The notes under the pieces are model-generated. The model saw only the letters and a list, made by a program, of their open reading frames with translations, had not been told where the DNA came from and did no database searches. Shown piece by piece: positions 57,351 through 64,000 of a stretch of DNA of 64,000 nt. The stretch spans positions 33,542,001-33,606,000 of the forward strand of contig OX597840.1 of assembly GCA_951406725.2 (NCBI GenBank). The letters run 5' to 3'. Source of the stretch: Octopus vulgaris. Lineage: Eukaryota. Position 1 is the stretch's first letter, and each line of letters opens with the position of its first letter. Both the position numbers and the translations under genes were made by a program.

Positions 57351-57554
57351 AAATAGGCAGACGCTCTAAAACTTTGGGATGATGGGTAAGTCGATTACAT
57401 TGACGCCAGTACTCAACTGGTACTTTATTTATCGACCACGAAAGGATGAAAGTCAAAGCCGACTTTCTGCGGAATTCAGAACGTAAAGAAAAGTTGCCGC
57501 CAAATATTTTTCTGGCGTGCTAACGATTCCGACGGTTCGCAGCCTTTCTGGAAA

Positions 57555-57950
57555 TCTCTCTATATAAAACTGAAGTTGTCTGTGTATGGCAGGTTTGGTA
57601 GCCTTCAACTAACACTATCTCCTCCGAGACCCTGTGGCGCAAGTTGACCAAAATTGAGAGTATGATAGAAGAAGGCTTGCTCTTCATTCCGTAGAAGATA
57701 AAATTCAAATCGAACCATGTTAACACCGAGAATTATTTACATCAAAAAGGTGCTTTTTTTCTATGAAAATCCCTATTTTTTGCGATTTTTTAACTGCTGT
57801 GTCGCCATTTTTCGGTGTATTTCAACCAGAAAAATGTTCACTTAAAGAGAATAACAAGCTACATAATGCAAAATTTTTACTTTTCAAAAATTCCAATTCT
57901 AAAGGGTCGGAAAGAAAAGAACCCCGAACAACGCTGGGCTATACTGCTAG
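57555..57950 (+). mobile_element. Non-autonomous Helitron (copy of 8553-8939)
   Basis: Sequence alignable by eye along its length, ending in CTAG. Confidence 0.8.
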
Positions 57951-58078
57951 TTAATAATAAAGTTACAAGCCTTTAAAGTTATAACATTTTAGACAATCCG
58001 AAACAGCGTTAAGTTTTTCAACTCACAAGACGAGGCCCACTTTTATTAAGAGAAAAGCACTTGGGAAACCAAACTTAC

Positions 58079-58198
58079 GTTTAGAACTAATTGATGGCTT
58101 TCTTCGTTTCTCTGTCTTTCTCTTTGGCCCTTTCTGGTTCTGGTTGATGTCGGTATTGCTGTACAACTGCTTCAGCTCGCCAGAATAATCTACTCGAC
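58079..58198 (-). CDS. Internal 120-nt symmetric exon of the KIAA2012-like gene
   Basis: gcagcag acceptor and GTAAGT donor, phase 1 to 1. Encodes GRVDYSGELKQLYSNTDINQNQKGPKRKTEKRRKPSISSK. Confidence 0.7.
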
Positions 58199-58473
58199 CT
58201 GCTGCAACGATGATGATGGCGGTAATTGTTGGTGGTGGTCGTATTGGTGGCACAAGAGAGAGAGAGAGAGAAACAGAGAAAGAGAGAAGTATAGCTGTTT
58301 TATGAAACAGTACTGGTTATGGATGATCTGTGGTGGTGGTCATGGTAATGGCGAAGCGGTAGTTGTGGAGAAAATAGTGCCGCTAGTTGCTAAAGATAGT
58401 CACCCTCAACCTGGTCTGCTACACACGAACACTCGTCAATCCAACATACTCCACTTGGACACTCAACACTGCA

Positions 58474-58580
<107 letters not shown>

Positions 58581-59965
58581 CATATATACATATATATATA
58601 TATACATACATACACACATACATACATACATATATAGGTGCGCCCGTGTGGTAAGAAACTTCCTTCCTAACCACATAGTTCCGAGTTCAGTCCCACTGCG
58701 TGGCACCTTGGGCAAGTGTCTTCTACTATAGCCTCGGGCCGACCAAAGCCTTGTGAGTGAATTTTGTAGACGGAAACTAAAAGAAGCCTGTCGTATATGT
58801 GTATATATATATGTGTGTACCTATGTTTGTTCCCCACCGTCGCATGACAACCGGTGTTGGTGTGTTTACGTTGCCGTGACTTATATCTTCGGCAAAGAGG
58901 TCGATAGAATAAGGACTGGGGTCGATTGGTTATGCCAAAAATTCTTCAAGGCGGAGCCCCAGCATGGCCGCAGTGTAATGACTGAAAGACGCAAAGGAAA
59001 GGGGTAAAAGGATATAACATGCAGAGATACGGGACATTGAAATTGGGTATGTTTATGTTTATTGCAAAATTTTAGACAACCGGAAATCGCGTTGAGATTT
59101 TCACCTCACAGGATGGGGCCCGCATCCGCTGAGTGGAAAAGCCCTTGGGAACCTAAACATACTTACGCTTAGAACTGATTGAGGAGTGGCTGTGTGGTAA
59201 GTAGCTTGTTTACGAACCACATGGTTCCGGGTTCAGTCCCACTGCGTGGCACCTTGGGCAAGTGTCTTCTGCTATATCCTCGGGCCAACCAAAGACTTGT
59301 GAGTGGATTTGGTAGACGGAAACTGAAAGAAGCCCGTCGTATATATGTATATATATGTGTGTGTGTGTGTGTGTGTTTGTCCCCCTAGTATTGCTTGACA
59401 ACCGATGCTGTTGTGTTTATGTCCCCGTCACATAGCGGTTCGGCAAAAAGAGCCCGATAGAATAAGTACTGGGCTTATAAAAGAATAAGTCCCGGGGTCG
59501 ATTTGCTCGACTGAAAGGCGGTGCTCCAGCATGGCCACAGTCACATGACTGAAACAAGTAAAAGAGTAAAGAGAGTAAAGAGTATGACTTTCTTCGTTTC
59601 TCTGTCGTTCTCTTTGGCCTTTTCCGGTTCCGGTTCCGGTTCTGGTTGGTGTTGTTGTTGTTGTAACGGATGCATTGATTAGATAACACGTGACAGACTT
59701 CAACATGGATGAAAAATTTTAACTTAACCGTTCTAAACCCAGCCAAACAATTTCTTTTTCTTTTTTACTTGTTTCAGTCATTTGACTGCGGCCATGCCGG
59801 AGCACCGCCTTTTAGTCGAGCAAATCGACCCCCAGGTCTTATTCTTTGTAAGCCTAGTACTTATTCTGTCGGTCTCTTTGCCGAACCGCTAAGTAACGGG
59901 GACGTAAACATACCAGCATCGGTTGTCAAGCAATGCTAGGGGAACAAACACAGACACACATAAAT

Positions 59966-60030
<65 letters not shown>

Positions 60031-60221
60031 CATATATACGACAGGCTTCTTTCAGTTTCCTTCTACCAAATCCACTCACATGGCCTTGATCGGCCGGAGG
60101 CTATAGTAGAAGACACTTTCCCAAGGTGCCACGCAGTGGGACTGAACCCGGAACCGTGTGGTTGGTAAGTAGGCTACTTACCACACAGCCACTCCGTGCC
60201 TATCAATAAATATTTACTTAC

Positions 60222-60501
60222 CAATTTTAAATCCAGCTTTCTGTTCTGTCTTTGCTTTCTTATTTTTCCTTCCTGGTTTCGACACGACTTTGCGACTGGA
60301 CATCTTCGAGGGTTTTCCATCGGTTCTTTTAACAAACGGAGATAACTTATTTTTTATGGGTTGTTGTGTCTGACGCATCTTGACAATGGACGCCCATCGT
60401 GTTTTGCGTTGGTTCTTTACCGTAGATTCTTGTATCGTAGAATCAGATTCCTCCGATATTGTCACTTCGGTGACCTGTGAGGTAGAATTATAGCGGAGAT
60501 C
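60222..60501 (-). CDS. Internal exon of the KIAA2012-like gene
   Basis: caacgtag acceptor (5' boundary uncertain) and GTAAGT donor in phase 1. Encodes DLRYNSTSQVTEVTISEESDS...KAGFKI. Confidence 0.65.
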
Positions 60502-61449
60502 CTACGTTGAAGAAATATCAATGGACAATGATTTCAGGGACACAAACAGACCCGCCCTACTATATGATCACAAGGACAATTGCACAGGGACCTCCGTAGT
60601 CCAGGGGCCCAATTCTAATTTATTCATGCTCTGGTTTGCCGTCAATAACAAATACTACATGGCCCAGAGCATCGACTGGAGTCCTATAATGCTTGTAAGA
60701 CGGCTCTGGAGACAGGTTCGAAACCGTTCCAGCAGCGGCCAGCGAGATCGACAGATATATTTTTTGGCCCTTTTCGACGTTTTCAATGGTGTGAGGTCGC
60801 AGCCGGCTACATCCGCGGACGATATTTCTTCACCTCTGATACAGGGGACAGCGACTAAGACATACACTGATATTGCGAATAGCTGCCCGGCTGAATAAAA
60901 ATTCAGTATAAGCAATTGAGGCAGTATTAAATTAAATTGGCTACCTACGTATCATACTTATTGTATATACACACCGTTGATTGGGCAGTTACTGCAGTAT
61001 TTAGTCCTGACATAATAACATCTGTCACGGACGTGCTGTGTCAAAAGCACAATAAATATCAACTTTGTATTTCGTCATTTTTAAGGAGAGGGAGAGAAGT
61101 GAGTACCGGTAATATCATCGGGTTAATATTTCCGTTTAAACGTCTCCTTAAACTTCAGCTAAAGATAAGATTTCAACTCAATTTATTATCGATCACAGTT
61201 CGATGCAAATGATAGTTAGAATCTACAGCATGTTATTGCTAACACTCGTGTCACAGGTTCGCTTCCGACACGCGTGGAATCGCTTCGTAGACACCCGTTG
61301 GGTTCTGAGAAAGATTTCCATGCAACCTCTTCTTATAAGAGAGTTATTCATACGCAGTTACCTAAAACTAAAATATATACATACATTCATAAATATATAT
61401 CAACACACACATGCGCACACACATGCGCACAAACACAAACTCACAAGCA

Positions 61450-61459
61450 TGTATGCATG

Positions 61460-61493
<34 letters not shown>

Positions 61494-61759
61494 TGTATGT
61501 ATGTATGTATGTATGTATGTATGTATGTGTGTATGCATGTATGTATGTATGTATGTATGTATGTATGTATGTATGTATGTATGTATGTATGTATGTATGT
61601 ATGTGTGTGTGTATGTATGTATGTATGTATGTGTGTATGTATGTATGTATGTATGTATGTATGTATGTATGTATGTATGTATGTATGTATGTATGTATGT
61701 GTGTATGTATGTATGTATGCATGTATGTATGTATGTATGTATGCATGTATGTATGCATG

Positions 61760-61793
<34 letters not shown>

Positions 61794-61827
61794 TGTATGT
61801 ATGTATGTATGTGTGTGTGTATGTATG

Positions 61828-61861
<34 letters not shown>

Positions 61862-61951
61862 TGTATGTATGTATGTATGTATGTATGTATGTATGTATGT
61901 ATGTATGTATGTATGTATGTATGTATGTATGTATGTATGTATGTATATATG

Positions 61952-61985
<34 letters not shown>

Positions 61986-61991
61986 TGTATG

Positions 61992-62023
<32 letters not shown>

Positions 62024-62061
62024 TGTATGTATGTATGTATGTATGTATGTATGTATGTATG

Positions 62062-62095
<34 letters not shown>

Positions 62096-62320
62096 TGTAT
62101 GTATGTATGTATGTATGTATGTATGTATGTATGTATGTATGTATGTATGTATGTATGTATGTATGTATGTATGTATGTATGTATGTATGTATGTATGTAT
62201 GCAGGTATGTATGTGTGTATGTATGCATGTATGTAAGTATGCATGTATATATGAATGTATGTATGTGTGTATGTGTGTATGTATGTTTGTATGTATGTAT
62301 GTATGTATGTATGTATGTAT
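61450..62320. repeat. (GTAT)n microsatellite, intronic
   Basis: Seen directly. Confidence 0.95.
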
Positions 62321-62530
62321 GCAAGACAACTTCGCCATTTCGCCACCCCTTTTTAAGGTGATAGAAAAAAATAAAAGACAAAAGTAAAAATACCAGACGT
62401 GGTGAGTGGGTGGGCGGGTGGGGAACATAACTGACTGCACCCCTCTATCACAACCATCAGATTGAGCCCCCATCCCAGAACTTAAATCTGTCCAAAGAAT
62501 TAAACACGAACCCAAAAGACAACACCTTAC

Positions 62531-63281
62531 CTGATAGGATAATCGTCAGTAGCAGTTTGAACCGCTATCGTCTCTGTTGCTCCCGTTGGCACTGGCTCAG
62601 TTTGAACTTGCGTCGACTGGTCAGTGGTCTCACCAGGATCTTCTTGGACAGTGCCATTTATCGGATTGAAGACCAATGGAATATCTTCTGAAATTTCTCT
62701 GAGAATCGCAACGTTTTCCGAAACGTCTCTCTCTTCCTCCGCGCTAGCATCATCACCGCCAACATCATCAGCAGCAGCAGCAACATGAACAACAGTTGTC
62801 GCATCATTACATATTTCTTTTTCTTTTTCCTTTTCTTCTTCCATTTCTTTTTCTTTTTCTTCTGCTCTATCTCCTCCACCCTCCTCTCCTCCTCCTTCCC
62901 GTTCTTTTTCTTCACTTCCTCTTTTTCCTTTCCTCCCTCCTTCTTCCATCACCTCAACCTCCGCCCCCACTTCTCCGTATCCATCCACGCTTGGATATTT
63001 CGTTCCTTCATCATTTATTTCCTTCTCATTGTCCACCTCCAGGCCGCCACCACCGCCACCGCCGCCACCACCACCACCACCACCACCACCACCACCATCA
63101 TAAACAGCAGCAGTGGCAGAAACGGCAGCGGTGGCATCGTCTTGGTGGAGAATCCCGTGCTGGTGTTGATGTTGTTGTTGCTGGTGTTGGTGGTGGTGGT
63201 GGTGATGATGATGGTGTTCTTGTTTCTGGTGGTGTGTGGTGTCGGGTATTTCTTGAGTGGGACGTGTACAAGCAGGCATAT
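62531..63281 (-). CDS. Large low-complexity exon (poly-H/Q/G, acidic), probably the same gene; the gene continues beyond the window
   Basis: gtttcag acceptor and GTAAGG donor, open frame DMPACTRPTQE...DDYPI. It ends in phase 2 while the 60501 exon needs phase 0, so an intervening exon is unidentified. Confidence 0.6.
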
Positions 63282-63538
63282 CTGAAACAGACAGAGAGGT
63301 ACTTATATATATACTGAGGTACTTATATATACCGAGGTACTTATATATACAAACACAAGTCAAATGTGTAAAAGCTTACGGTCGTTTCCTTCTCAGAAGG
63401 GTACCAATCCAAGGTACTTTCCCTTCCACTACCCTCAATGAATGTGCACCCCAAGAGCTATCCTAGTCTCCACTAAATTCTTCAATCTTTCTTCCACTAC
63501 AAGAATATATTTTTCGCAATAATTCCTATATACGAGAG

Positions 63539-63569
<31 letters not shown>

Positions 63570-63601
63570 TTTATTTAAAATCAGCAGAAATATAACAAAA
63601 G

Positions 63602-63639
63602 CTGTTACTCAGAGTTTCACGTTCCCGTTCGTCGGACAG
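63602..63639 (-). ncRNA. Inverted twin hammerhead-like motif, U4C variant
   Basis: CTGT-CCGACGA-ACGggaaCGT-GAAA-CTCTGAG-TA-ACAG. Confidence 0.7.
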
Positions 63640-63695
63640 TTTTGTTAAAAATGAAAAAAAGAAATGTTGTTATTCAGGCACTCGACTATGAATCT

Positions 63696-63736
63696 ACTGT
63701 CCGACGAACGGGAACCGTGAAACTCTGAGTAACAGT
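63696..63736 (+). ncRNA. Type I hammerhead-like motif, U4C variant
   Basis: ACTGT-CCGACGA-ACGGgaaCCGT-GAAA-CTCTGAG-TA-ACAGT. Confidence 0.7.
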
Positions 63737-63837
63737 TTTTGTTATATTTCTGCTGCTTTTAAATAAAGCATATTACTCTAACTCTGGTATTTGAGTACTC
63801 TTTTTTCTACCTTGTTTCACATTTATGTGCATACTCC

Positions 63838-63878
<41 letters not shown>

Positions 63879-64000
63879 GTTTTTTTCATCTCTGTGTGCT
63901 TATTTTCTCTTATTCGTTTCTGTTGAAGAGCGTAGGCTCGAAACGTGGAAGACTTTTTCATTTTCCCGAGCATCAAACTAAGACCCTCGTTGTTCATAAA

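Noticed and set aside
60521-60915. Overlapping ORFs on both strands
   Set aside because: No recognisable domain or consistent splice phases. Only a possible micro-exon is noted.
63370-63395. GAAACGACCGTA hammerhead 3' half on the minus strand (also 20675 and 54900)
   Set aside because: The CUGANGA half is absent, so these are truncated remnants at most.

Overview
This is eukaryotic, AT-rich, microsatellite-saturated DNA. The SINE repertoire and repeat style suggest an octopus genome, which is an inference. Almost all ORF-track entries are translations of simple repeats. Real content: (1) the 3' part of a multi-exon, minus-strand coiled-coil gene (about 46.9-63.3 kb), probably a KIAA2012 homolog; (2) five identical tRNA-Gly(TCC) genes, four in a tandem array with mariner fragments; (3) an ~11.6-kb nested inverted repeat centred on a Penelope-like retroelement fragment; (4) many SINEs, LINE fragments (R4/Dong-like, CR1-like, RTE, Tx1-like), Tc1/mariner relics, non-autonomous Helitrons and a hAT MITE. 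The most notable hidden signal is about 16 type I hammerhead-ribozyme motifs from several unrelated sequence families. They lie in short elements mostly abutting (TA)n tracts, often in inverted pairs, and several are in introns of the gene. Their cores include rare variants (U3:A8 covariation, U4C, extra A after A9, long stem II insertions). All structures were folded by eye, and nothing was database-verified.
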